This document shows, one piece after another, positions 21,039 through 31,100 of a DNA stretch of 64,000 bases (position 1 is the stretch's first letter; each line of letters opens with the position of its first letter). The notes beneath the pieces were generated by a model. It was given only the letters and a program-made list of their open reading frames with translations. It did no database searches and had not been told where the DNA came from. Made by a program: the position numbers and the translations under genes. The DNA comes from Candidatus Poribacteria bacterium. GTDB lineage: Bacteria > Poribacteria > WGA-4E > WGA-3G. The stretch is taken from contig CBDANF010000003.1 of the NCBI GenBank assembly GCA_965197475.1, forward strand, positions 3,328,001 to 3,392,000, in the 5' to 3' direction.

Positions 21039-21881
21039 ATGGCTAATAACCAAATTAAAGTCGCAGCGTGCCAACTGCTTACAAGTAAAGATGTCCATGC
21101 AAGCACTACAAAAGTACTACAGCAAATTGAAGCGTGTGCAGAAAACAATATCCAGATTGTAGCATTTCCTGAGGGATGTCTATTCGGTTACTGCTGTGAT
21201 ACTGATTATTGGGAACAGGTGTCGCCACAGGTATTTAAGGAGGCGGAGGCAAAAATCGCTGAAGCCGCACACCGCTACAAAATGGCAGTAATCATTGGTT
21301 CTGCACATCACGATGGCGAAAATTGGCACAACGACTTAGCCATATTTGATCAGCAAGGTAGCCTTAAATACCGTTATGGGAAGACGTTCCTTGCTGGGGA
21401 GAAGTGGTGTGCGAATAATCGCGGTAAACTGCCAATTGTGCAGTTAGCAGATGTTGCATGTTGCTTTATCATCTGCCACGATGTTCGCTATCCTGAACTC
21501 GTGAAACTGCCTGCTGCGATGGGGGCGCAAATCTGCTTCTTTTGCTCTTGTGAATCGGGATTGCTATCCGAACATAAACTCTCTGCCTATCGTGCTATGC
21601 CGATTTCGCGCGCAACGGAAAACGGGATTTATCTTGTGATGGCAAACACACCCGCGAATCCAGATGATCTAAAGGCTACAGGGTCGTCACATGGCAACTC
21701 CAAAATTGTTCATCCGAACGGTAATGTACTCAAAGAAGCAGGATTTTTCGGTGATGAAATCGTTTCAGCTACAATTGATCTTTCACAAGCAACAGGTTCG
21801 CAGGCAAAACGCACTTACAATGAAAATACGATTTTTCGGGAGTGGTTTCAGCAGGGATGTGGGTTTGTAGTAAAGGTCTAA
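21039..21881 (+). CDS. Carbon-nitrogen hydrolase (nitrilase superfamily)
   Basis: FPEG, YGK, ICHDVRYPE (E-K-C triad), SRATENG, GNSKIVHPNG; start moved to the ATG after AAGGAG. Confidence 0.9.
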   Translation: MANNQIKVAACQLLTSKDVHASTTKVLQQIEACAENNIQIVAFPEGCLFGYCCDTDYWEQVSPQVFKEAEAKIAEAAHRYKMAVIIGSAHHDGENWHNDLAIFDQQGSLKYRYGKTFLAGEKWCANNRGKLPIVQLADVACCFIICHDVRYPELVKLPAAMGAQICFFCSCESGLLSEHKLSAYRAMPISRATENGIYLVMANTPANPDDLKATGSSHGNSKIVHPNGNVLKEAGFFGDEIVSATIDLSQATGSQAKRTYNENTIFREWFQQGCGFVVKV

Positions 21882-21894
21882 AGACTTTTGAGAA

Positions 21895-23331
21895 CTACCG
21901 CTCTCTGTCAGACACAAGCAGATCATACGAATTGCTCTGCCATCCACCTTCTATAACGATATTATCTCTTGTTTCACGTAACCGTTTGACCATACGTTCT
22001 TTCATGCGGCGAAGTACGTGTTTGTATCCGAGATGTGTTGCGAGATTGTGAAGTTCATACGGGTCGCTCTGCATATCGTAGAGTTCGTCTTCACTGTATG
22101 GATTGTAGACGTATTTCCACGAATCGGTGCGTACCATTCGCACAGTTGCAAGCGTTGCTTCGTATCCATGAAATTCAGCAAAAACATCATTCGGCCAATC
22201 TGATACCGTTTCGCCTCTGAGTAGTGGCACAATAGACCTCCCATCAAGATTGTCAGGTATTGTTGCACGACCAATTTCCAAAAATGTCGGCATAAGGTCA
22301 ACAAGGTTCACAAATTCATTACAGGTCGTTCCAGGTGAAGTTACTCCAGGCCACCGAATCACAAGTGGAATGTGATGTGTCTCCTCGTACATGTGAAATC
22401 CCTTGTTGAAAAGTCGATGGCTACCGAGCATGTCACCGTGGTCAGTTGAAAAGATGAGGATAGTGTTTTCTGCCAAACCGTTTTCTTCAAGGCAACCAAT
22501 TATTCGTTGAACTTGGTCGTCAATGAAGGTGCAAAATCCCCAATACGCAGCAATAACTTTCTGCCAATCCTGCCATGTCAAATGACTGGAGTTCCATCGG
22601 AGCATCTCTTTTTGCTGGATAAGCGGTTTGTTGATGAACTGTTCATCAAAGTTGCCCCAACGTTCGACAGAATCTGGGTCGTACATCGTATCGTAAGGCT
22701 CTGGAACAGCATAAGGAAAATGTGGTCCGAAGAAATTGGCGGCAATCATAAACGGTTGATCAGAATTGGTATAGTTGTTGATTAATTCAATCGTTTTATC
22801 TGCTGTCCACGCCTCCATCGTTCGTTCAGCAGGGAGTGGAAGCCTCCCGTAGAAAGGTGCTTCTCCTCCCCATTCAAAAGGTTGCACCGCATCTCGGTCA
22901 ATCCTAAAATCAATCCCATCATTTCGCAGCCACTGATGCCATTCGCTATACGGATGCCATTTGTCGTAGCCCCAGAACTCGGTATCACCTTGTTTTGCAA
23001 GATGCCATTTTCCGACGCACGCCACGTTATATCCAGCGGCTTTCAGTAGTTGTGGATATGCGGGTTTGTTGAGAATCTGATCTGAGAATACCGCGTTGAA
23101 ATTCCCCATGTTTGAGAGTTGCCCATGGTTATGCGGATAGAGTCCAGTGAGTAAAGACCCGCGTGCAGGTGAGCAAAGTGCTATCGGTGTATACGCTTTT
23201 GTGAAACGCATGCCTGTTGCAGCGATGATGTCTACTGCAGACGTTTTGCAAACGGGGGCACCGTTGCAACCCAACGAATCAAAACGTTGCTGATCGGTAA
23301 GTAAAAATAAGATATTGGGTTGTTGTGACAT
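21895..23331 (-). CDS. Formylglycine-dependent sulfatase
   Basis: PNILFLLTDQQR, CSPARGSLLTG, GKWHL, PHFPY, TDHGDMLG.H, ELYD...DPYE. Confidence 0.95.
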   Translation of the reverse strand: MSQQPNILFLLTDQQRFDSLGCNGAPVCKTSAVDIIAATGMRFTKAYTPIALCSPARGSLLTGLYPHNHGQLSNMGNFNAVFSDQILNKPAYPQLLKAAGYNVACVGKWHLAKQGDTEFWGYDKWHPYSEWHQWLRNDGIDFRIDRDAVQPFEWGGEAPFYGRLPLPAERTMEAWTADKTIELINNYTNSDQPFMIAANFFGPHFPYAVPEPYDTMYDPDSVERWGNFDEQFINKPLIQQKEMLRWNSSHLTWQDWQKVIAAYWGFCTFIDDQVQRIIGCLEENGLAENTILIFSTDHGDMLGSHRLFNKGFHMYEETHHIPLVIRWPGVTSPGTTCNEFVNLVDLMPTFLEIGRATIPDNLDGRSIVPLLRGETVSDWPNDVFAEFHGYEATLATVRMVRTDSWKYVYNPYSEDELYDMQSDPYELHNLATHLGYKHVLRRMKERMVKRLRETRDNIVIEGGWQSNSYDLLVSDRER

Positions 23332-23343
23332 AGTGAATCCTTT

Positions 23344-23925
23344 TTATGTTGAGTGAGATGAATAATTTACCTGCATATTATCCGCTATTGATGTCCACCA
23401 TGTATCGTCTGCGTTGACGCGTAAGACATGCGTATTGCGCGGTGCATCATTCGCTCTTAAACTCTTTTCGATTATCTGTGTATCTGCATTATGTTCAAGG
23501 AATTCAGCAATTGTATATTCCAACCGTTCAGGAGAGCGAATTGCGATAATGTTGATTATCTCAGTTAATTCTAAATCCAACAAAAAATCGATGTTCCAGA
23601 ACAATTTTTTACCGCTTTTTGGTAGTGGGTCGGGCGGTCCCAAACCGCATTCAAGGAATTGTTTTACCATTTCTTCTCTGATAGCGTGTGGCGGTTTATC
23701 ACTGCTTCGCGTTGCGTGTCGAACAAGTCGGCGGGCGAGTGAGGTAGCACCTTTTTCTGAAAGCGCAGAACCTACATAAGTATAGTCGCCCGCGGGTAAT
23801 GAAATTAGTTTACCTTTCTTAAATCGTCCGAATTGTAATTCGGTATCTTCTTTAAGTCGAATTCGCAATATATATGTTCCTGCTTGTGAATTTTCTCCGA
23901 TAATAAAAATGTTTGGAATTTTCAC
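23344..23925 (-). CDS. DUF123 / GIY-YIG-like endonuclease family protein
   Basis: GTYILRI, GDYTYVGSA, LARRLVRH, KLFWNIDFLL; probable GTG start after GGAGG. Confidence 0.75.
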   Translation of the reverse strand: MKIPNIFIIGENSQAGTYILRIRLKEDTELQFGRFKKGKLISLPAGDYTYVGSALSEKGATSLARRLVRHATRSSDKPPHAIREEMVKQFLECGLGPPDPLPKSGKKLFWNIDFLLDLELTEIINIIAIRSPERLEYTIAEFLEHNADTQIIEKSLRANDAPRNTHVLRVNADDTWWTSIADNMQVNYSSHST

Positions 23926-24347
23926 TGTCCCTCCAATACGCTTCTGTGTAAGTTTAATCTCATGTAATACATTTTTGATCCACTGTGAGTATAACGTTTC
24001 TAGGGTGTGTAAAGTTTTTGGCATAAAAATGAATTGAGTGGGCCTTGCGAAGTATTTATAAAAATGGTATCCTCACCTAATAAACTATATACTCATATAG
24101 GAGGATACCAATGTTTAGTATATCATCAAAAAGTTGTGAAGTCAATGAACATAAAGAACAGGCAGGGCTATTTAGTTCTCCGAATATTTAGATTTTCAAT
24201 TTAAGACTTTCCGCTGTCCGAGCGATCTCCGAATCGCGACTTTTCGGATAAACTGGACAAAAAGTCTAAAACTAAACGGAATAAGTAGTTTCGGACATTA
24301 GATTTCTCATTTTTTTCTCCACTTTTTTCAAAATTCCCACCTTTAAC

Positions 24348-24377
24348 TTGACATTCCCCTTCTTAAAATTGTAGAAT
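24348..24377 (+). promoter_or_regulatory. Sigma70-type promoter
   Basis: TTGACA-N18-TAGAAT upstream of a structured leader and the 24532 ORF. Confidence 0.6.
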
Positions 24378-24531
24378 TCTTAACAGACCAAACTATAACA
24401 CCATTGGACTATGGGTATCCCATATCTAATGTAAGTTAGGTGTTATGGTTTGGTCACCAGGGATGCCCACTTCTTTTGTGGAGAAGTTGGGATTTACTGG
24501 ATGACCAAACCTACAATTTAAGGGGTACAAT

Positions 24532-24819
24532 ATGATAATTTTCAGTGTCTTTGTTATCATCGTAGTATTTTTTATGGTAACACATCTTCGAGCTGACAAA
24601 GAAAAGATGGATCAATCAAGCGATGAACATACTAAAAAGATGTGGAAAATGTATGTTAATGCTATTGAAAACGAACATTTCCTGTATCCACTCACTTCAG
24701 ATTTAAGAAATTGGGTTCTTTCCAATCAAGAATTCGGGTGGACTACCCTCGACACTTCAATGCCAAAAGAAATCCGACATCAGTTTGGCGTGTTTATAAT
24801 CGAACATGCCAACAAATAG
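24532..24819 (+). CDS. Hypothetical membrane-anchored protein
   Basis: 95-aa ORF with hydrophobic N-terminus and AAGGGG RBS. Confidence 0.55.
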   Translation: MIIFSVFVIIVVFFMVTHLRADKEKMDQSSDEHTKKMWKMYVNAIENEHFLYPLTSDLRNWVLSNQEFGWTTLDTSMPKEIRHQFGVFIIEHANK

Positions 24820-24830
24820 GGAAGAAAACC

Positions 24831-25115
24831 ATGAAATCCACCAGACAAGCAGCTGAGTTAATCCGACTTAGCCTCAATGAATTCAGAACAGGTAATTTTG
24901 TTGATGCCCTCGCTTATGTAGAAACAGCATTAGAAATTAACCCCAAAGATGTCCGTGCCTTACAGATTCGACCACTTTGTAAATGCTGTTTGATCGTTGA
25001 AAGCGGTGCAATTCCACCAAATCTCCAAACTGATATACAAAATATCATCTCAGATTTAAAAGTATCAATAGAAACTTTAGACGATATGATTAGGGTTGCT
25101 CGGACGAACACTTAA
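24831..25115 (+). CDS. Small single-TPR hypothetical protein
   Basis: GNFVDALAYVETALEINPKDVRAL TPR-like motif; ATG 11 nt after the previous stop. Confidence 0.6.
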   Translation: MKSTRQAAELIRLSLNEFRTGNFVDALAYVETALEINPKDVRALQIRPLCKCCLIVESGAIPPNLQTDIQNIISDLKVSIETLDDMIRVARTNT

Positions 25116-25257
25116 TTTTTTCGGATATATTCCCTAAATCTTCCATTCCATATTGCTTTAATTGGTTCAATAGGTCTACCATCTGTTTTTTTTTACAGGT
25201 AGGCGGGCCTTTTTGTTTCCACATTCTTGGCAGACTTGTTTTTCTTTAGTCATTTTT

Positions 25258-26139
25258 TCACCTCATACTTTCATTAACAAATTTCCAGAATATGCTATCC
25301 ACATTCCGGTAGTTATATTTATAGCAAGCCTCAGCCACATATAGCGGGATATACCCAGTAGAGTAGTGGTGATGCTGTCCATACCATGCGCGTTTCAACA
25401 ACGCCCAAAAACCTTCAATAGTGTTCGTGTGGGTATCCCCATCAGCGAACTGTTCTTTGTGATTGATAACCCGATGTTTTATCTGCTTTCCGATCTCATT
25501 GTAAGCAGCATATTCATCGGTTATCAGTTCGGATTCATCTATTTTGACAGCATCCCGAATAAACGCCAGGATACCCCTTCCCGTTAAATCATCAGCAAGT
25601 TTAGCTACTACCTTACCTCCACGCTCAACTGCGCCAAGAATAGCGGATTTTGATGTTCCCCTTCCTCTTTTGGCGGGTTCATCGTCCTCGCGCTTGTTCT
25701 TTTTCCGAGGTTTGCCTCCTATATAAGTCTCATCTGCCTCAATAATACCCTTCAGCAGAGTTTGACCTTTAGTAGCCATTTCAGCACGAATGCGTTGCAT
25801 CATAAACCAAGCCGTCTTCTGATTCAGGTCTAAATCACGACTCAACTGATAACTGGACAAGCTCTTCTTTGCGTTTCCCATTAGTGAAATAGCCAGAAAC
25901 CACTTTTGAAGTGCGATCTTAGCCCCGTGAAACACTGTGCCTTGAGTAACCTTGAAGGTTGCCTTACAACCATTACAATTCCAACGACCAATCCGACCAG
26001 TTGCCGTCTCATTACGCCTGAAAACATCGGTAATCCCACAATGTGGGCAATGAGGCTTACCTTTCCATCGTATCTTCTCAAGATACTCAATACAGGATGA
26101 CTGGTCTGGGAATCTCTCCATAACCTTGATTAAATCCAT
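25258..26139 (-). CDS. IS1595-family (ISXO2-like) transposase
   Basis: CIEYLEKIRW, CPHCG, CNGC, EADETYIGG, KRGRGT, GAVERGG, ITDE, INH, HTNTIEGFWALLKR; start after TAGGAG. Confidence 0.93.
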   Translation of the reverse strand: MDLIKVMERFPDQSSCIEYLEKIRWKGKPHCPHCGITDVFRRNETATGRIGRWNCNGCKATFKVTQGTVFHGAKIALQKWFLAISLMGNAKKSLSSYQLSRDLDLNQKTAWFMMQRIRAEMATKGQTLLKGIIEADETYIGGKPRKKNKREDDEPAKRGRGTSKSAILGAVERGGKVVAKLADDLTGRGILAFIRDAVKIDESELITDEYAAYNEIGKQIKHRVINHKEQFADGDTHTNTIEGFWALLKRAWYGQHHHYSTGYIPLYVAEACYKYNYRNVDSIFWKFVNESMR

Positions 26140-26166
26140 CAGAATACTCCTATATGTCAAAAGGAG

Positions 26167-26196
26167 TTGCTTTATTCTGAAAGATTGTGCTATACT
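26167..26196 (+). promoter_or_regulatory. Candidate sigma70 promoter (extended -10) pointing into the IS3 element
   Basis: TTGCTT-N18-TATACT with TG before the -10. Confidence 0.45.
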
Positions 26197-26262
26197 ATCT
26201 TAATATGATATAGATAAGATAGATGAAGTGCTACCGTTTATTCAGACCAAAATTTAGCAAAG

Positions 26263-27093
26263 TTAAGACAAGTTTTTTTGCTCAAATTCCACAGGTGTCA
26301 AATACCCTAACGCAGAGTGAGGGCGTTTGTGATTATACACTTGTGTAATAAAATGCCCAATGCGGGTTCTTGCTTCGTGGATGTCCTCATAGTCATTGAG
26401 ATGAACTTCTTCTTCCTTGAGCGTGTGGATAAGTCTTTCAGCATATCCGTTCTCCCAAGGACACCCTCTCCGGGCGACTGAAATCTCAATCCCATGATGC
26501 CTAAGCAGTGAGATGGACGCATTTGAAAGATATTGAACGCCTTGATCAGAATGATGGATCTCTGGGACACTTTGACATAATGCTGTCTCCAAGGGTTTCA
26601 ACGTCAGAGATTGCGTCAAGTGTTGACTGATATGCCACCCTCTGATCATGCGAGTGAAGACATCCATGAGCAGACAAACATAGATAAAGTGTCCTTTGAG
26701 GCGGACGTAGGTAATATCGCCCACCCAGACCTGATTACATCGGGAGACATCAAGGTTTTCAAGGCGATTGCTCCAGGGACGCACACCCGCAACGGATGTC
26801 GTGGTTTGACAGACACGCTTGACAGAAACCGAGAGGTTGGCGGACTTCATCAATCGGGCAACACGTTTATACCCGATGGTGTATCCGCTACGCACCAACA
26901 ACTGTGTGGGACGCCTATATCCGTATGTTGGATATAGCAAAGATAACGTCTCTATTTCATCCTGGAGGCCCGCTTCACACGGGGCCTGCTTGGAGTGATA
27001 ATAGAGGTTGCTTCGGTTGAAACCGAGTGTCTCACATATCTGCCGAACCGAAAAGTCTGTCCGTAATGCCGTAACCATTTCTCGCTGCTCCAT
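26263..27093 (-). CDS. IS3-family transposase OrfB (DDE)
   Basis: YGYRR, WVGDITY, DVFTR, HHSDQGVQY, ENGYAER...LKEE, YNHKRPHSALGYLTP; in the -1 frame relative to OrfA. Confidence 0.93.
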   Translation of the reverse strand: MEQREMVTALRTDFSVRQICETLGFNRSNLYYHSKQAPCEAGLQDEIETLSLLYPTYGYRRPTQLLVRSGYTIGYKRVARLMKSANLSVSVKRVCQTTTSVAGVRPWSNRLENLDVSRCNQVWVGDITYVRLKGHFIYVCLLMDVFTRMIRGWHISQHLTQSLTLKPLETALCQSVPEIHHSDQGVQYLSNASISLLRHHGIEISVARRGCPWENGYAERLIHTLKEEEVHLNDYEDIHEARTRIGHFITQVYNHKRPHSALGYLTPVEFEQKNLS

Positions 27094-27098
27094 CGAGG

Positions 27099-27389
27099 CT
27101 AACTCAAGTAAGTTGAGGCTTTTTTTTGGATGTCAAGTGCCAAGGTCAACCGCCCAACGAGTTGCTCAAGTTGGGCGATCCGCTCCGCAGAGGCATCAGA
27201 CTGTTTATCAGCGGGTTCAAAGAGGGTCGCCGCTTTTTCAAGAAGCTGTCGCTTCCACTTTGAAAGTTGTTCATCGCTGAGGTTATGTCGCCGACACACT
27301 TCTGCTTGGGAACTTTCAACGCTGAGAACCTCAAGAACAACTTCGGCTTTAAACTCGGGGGTGAAGTTTCTTCGTTTTCGTTTCGCCAT
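27099..27389 (-). CDS. IS3-family transposase OrfA (HTH)
   Basis: RRNFTPEFKAEVV...VCRRH...KWK...RIAQLEQLVGRL...KKA. Confidence 0.92.
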   Translation of the reverse strand: MAKRKRRNFTPEFKAEVVLEVLSVESSQAEVCRRHNLSDEQLSKWKRQLLEKAATLFEPADKQSDASAERIAQLEQLVGRLTLALDIQKKASTYLS

Positions 27390-27505
27390 CGGATACTCCT
27401 TTCAAGGAGATGGATATTATACCATAATCTTGTCTTAGAGAGTGGCCCGAATTTCCGGTGGCAGTACATTTCCTCTTTTAACTCAAATAAAAGGAGGTGA
27501 TAGTT

Positions 27506-27628
27506 ATGTATAACCAAAATAATCAGTTCCTGCTCAACGAAATAAAAGCAGGACAAAACGTGATAGAATCGCGTTTAATTATGATGATTATTGAAAATTA
27601 TCTACTTAAGATTAAACACAATCTATAA
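27506..27628 (+). CDS. 40-aa small ORF (MYNQNNQFLL...KHNL)
   Basis: Ideal AAGGAGGTGA RBS just before the ATG; below the ORF-track size cutoff. Confidence 0.5.
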   Translation: MYNQNNQFLLNEIKAGQNVIESRLIMMIIENYLLKIKHNL

Positions 27629-27740
27629 CCAATTCCCATCAAAAGAAATGGTCTAACAATTATCTTCCTCGTCAGGAAGCCCTTACGATGTCAGTCTATG
27701 TCTGATTTTATGCTGTTTTTCTTATGTCCAAAACTACTTA

Positions 27741-27980
27741 TTCCGTAAATATATAGGCATTGACAGAAGCGATGCTTATATAAAAATGACGTGTGACAGA
27801 TTAGATAATCCTCGCAGTGAAATGCCTAAAATCCAAGAGGAACTCGCGTTGCATGTGGTGGATACATCCTTTAAGGAACGGAAAGCAAAAGGCAAGAATG
27901 TAGGGAAATTTCGCCCCACAGATGAAAATGACATTGAACAACTGCAACTACTAGAAACCCAAAATAAGAATAACGAATGA
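27741..27980 (+). pseudogene. 3' remnant of an N4/N6 DNA methyltransferase gene
   Basis: Frame reads FRKYIGIDRSDAYIKMTCDRL, resembling the R.FIGIE...Y......RL C-terminal motif of beta-class MTases; the N-terminal part is absent. Confidence 0.55.
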
Positions 27981-28184
27981 ACCACCCACATCTCGGTGCC
28001 CTGGTTAAGTCACTTCTACTCAATTCATCATGCTGTTGAATTTGTTCGCAGCACGACCTAAAACTAATCAAAATATACAAAACTTTTTAGCTAATTGATA
28101 TACCATGTTAGTATTGTCTGTAGGTGCCCTAATGAATGAGGTGCCTGTTCACTCTCTCCACTATTCCTACATGGAGGTCTTTTA

Positions 28185-31100
28185 ATGTTCGGACGAGGAA
28201 GAAGTTTAATTGTCGTTTGTTTGTTGTATCTTTTTGTCTCCACGCTATTTCTTTCCGCACTCGCCTTTGCCCAAGATGAAGCGAACGATCAAAAAATCAT
28301 TGAACGTTATAAGCTTATGCTTAGCCGTAAACCGAAAGAAGGAAGTACATTTGACCGAGTCTATCAATTTTATCTTGAAGGTGCTGGGTTAGACGCAATG
28401 CTCAGCGATTATCAGACTGAGGCGAAAGCCAAACCCAACGATTCTAACCTCCAACTTATTTTAGGACACATATACAAACGTCTTGGTAAAGACGCTGAAG
28501 CAATCACTGCATATCAACGCGCAGTTGAACTCGCTCCGAACAATTATTATTCCCATTTTGCTTTGGGACAGATGCATGGGGCTTTGCGTCAACATGAGGA
28601 AGCAATCCAAAAGTTGACAAAAGCTGCAACATTGTCGGAACAATCACAGGATGTGCCACCGGAAGAGTTAACGGCAATCTATAAGGCACTCGGCAACGCT
28701 CATTTCCGTCGTGACAGAGTGGACGAAGCAATTCAGGCATGGAGAAAAATATCTGAATTTGATCCGCAGGACATCTTTGCACGTATTGAACTTGCAGACC
28801 TTTTCCGTGAGCAGGAACTATACGAACAGGCAATCGCACAACACAAGGCGATTATTGAACTGAAAAAGGACGACCCGTATCGGATCTGTTTGAGTCATAG
28901 GGAAATTGGCAATATCCATGAATCGAAAGGCAACTATGAGAATGCGATCCAAAGTTACGATACGGCACTTGCGCTAACAGCTCCGGGCAACTGGCTGCGT
29001 AAAGACCTTCAACACCGTATTATCGGTATCTTCGCGGCTGACAGCAATTGGGAAGGCTTAATCGAATACTACCAAGGTAAACTTGAAGCAACACCAAATG
29101 AACCGGAACTTCTCGGTTTGCTTGCTGCCGCATATATTGAGAATCAGCAGCTTGAAGAAGGTATCAGCACGTATCGAAAAGGATTAGAACTTGCCCCAAC
29201 CGATGCAAACCTACGTTTAAATCTTATCGCGTCCCTCCGCAATGTGGAAAAGTTTGAAGATGCTGCTGCGGAATACGAAGTACTTAGTCAACAAGATCCT
29301 GACGATTTTGGTATCTACCGCGAACTCGGTGAGTTGTATCTACAGCTTGGAAATCAGGACAAAGCTAAAACGGTATATCAGAAAATGATTGACCGTGATC
29401 CAAACAACGCTGGCACACATCTCATTCTTGCTGAAATTTACGCTGGACATGAATGGGTGGACGATGCTGCTGCACAATATGAAAAAGCAATCTCGCTTGC
29501 ACCTAATAATTTTGAGTATATTGAATATTTTGGTGAATTTTACTTACGGCAAGGAAATCGTGATAAGGCTATAGAAACCTGGAATCGAATGGTCGCTGAC
29601 GATAAAGCGATCGCTGCGAATTATGATCGACTGGCCCAACTGTTCAAGGCAAAAAATTTCAAAACTGAGGCTGTTGCTGCAATCCGAAAAGCCGTTGAAT
29701 TAATGCCCGATGAATATCGCTATCGCGAAGCATTGGCTAAGCACCTCATGGAGAACAGAGATTATGATGCGGCACTCACGGAATACACAGCGGCGATGAA
29801 ACTTGCGCCGAATGCGTTTTTTGCCGAGAAAATGGATGATAAAAGGATTGAACTCTACCGTAGACAAGGCACCCTTTTAGATAAAATCGAACTGCTGGAA
29901 ACTGAACTTGACAAACCTGGGTTAGCAGCTGCGGAGGTATTTTCACACCAAAAACAACTTGCCAAAATGTATCTCAAGTTGGGCAATATTACTTATGCAT
30001 TGGAAGTTCTTTTGAAAGCCAAACAACTCAAGTCTAATGACGTGGGTGTGAATCGGTGGCTCGCGGAGGTATACACCCGGCAAGGTAGACGCGATGAGGC
30101 AAATGCCATCTACATATTTCTAATTGAGATAGACAGCGCAAATGCTCGTGAATACCACGCGAACATCGCAAAGTCGTACCTGAACGTGATGGATTTTGAG
30201 GCGGCCACAGCATCCGCAAAGCGCGTTATTGCGCATAGTCCACGCAATCCTGAGGGACATCAACTGCTTGCACAAATTGCGAAACAATCCAAAAACTATG
30301 ATACCGCTATAGACAGTCTAAAACAGGCGATTCGTCTGCGACCCGAAGCGATTGACACACGCGCTGAATTGGCAGCTGTTTATAAACTTTCAGGAAAACT
30401 TCAACAAGCACTCGCTCAGTATTGGCGGTGTTGGAACTTGATCGATAATGTTAGTGATAAACTCACTTTTGTCAAACCCCTCTCTGAAGTATATTATGAC
30501 CTCGGCAGACGTGGGGAGTTTGAAGAAAAATTAAAGCAGCTGGCAAAATCAAATACCTCTTGGGTGGCACCTGTTCTTGCGCTTGCCGAACTCCACCGGA
30601 TGGAGGGGGACCTGCCGAGTGCTCGCTTCCAATTGGCACAGGCATTAAACAAACAGCGCGAAAATCCAGAACTCTTGGACCACCTAGTACGAATCAGTGT
30701 GGAACTTGGAGATATACAGGATGCTCTTACTTATCAACAACGGCTTGTCAAAGCAGACCCTGATCCGACTCACCAACAGAAACTTGGAGAATTGTTGTTT
30801 GATGTCGGACGTGAACAGGAAGCAATTCAAGCATGGACAAAACTGCTTCATGCTAAAAATCAGACACTTGAGGCGGAAGTTAAACTTGCAGCCTTACTGC
30901 TTCGGCACGGGTTGTCTGAAGAAGCATTTTTTGTGCTTGAACGCGCATCTGAGAAAATCGCTGGAACTGATGCACACCTCCCACTTTATCGGTTGGGATC
31001 TATGTTGGTTGGAATGAATGAAGCAGAACGTGCTCGGGTCTATTTCCGTCGGATTCTTGACATGTCTGAACCCCCTGGAAATATGGCAAAGCGCGGGACT

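Larger units (their letters stand above)
26224..27468 (-). mobile_element. IS3-family insertion sequence
   Basis: Imperfect TIRs TGTACTGCCACCGGAAATTCGGGCCA and TGAAGTGCTACCGTTTATTCAGACCA (TG...CA ends); orfA/orfB with an A8G slippery site at 27119-27127. No target duplication visible. Confidence 0.92.
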
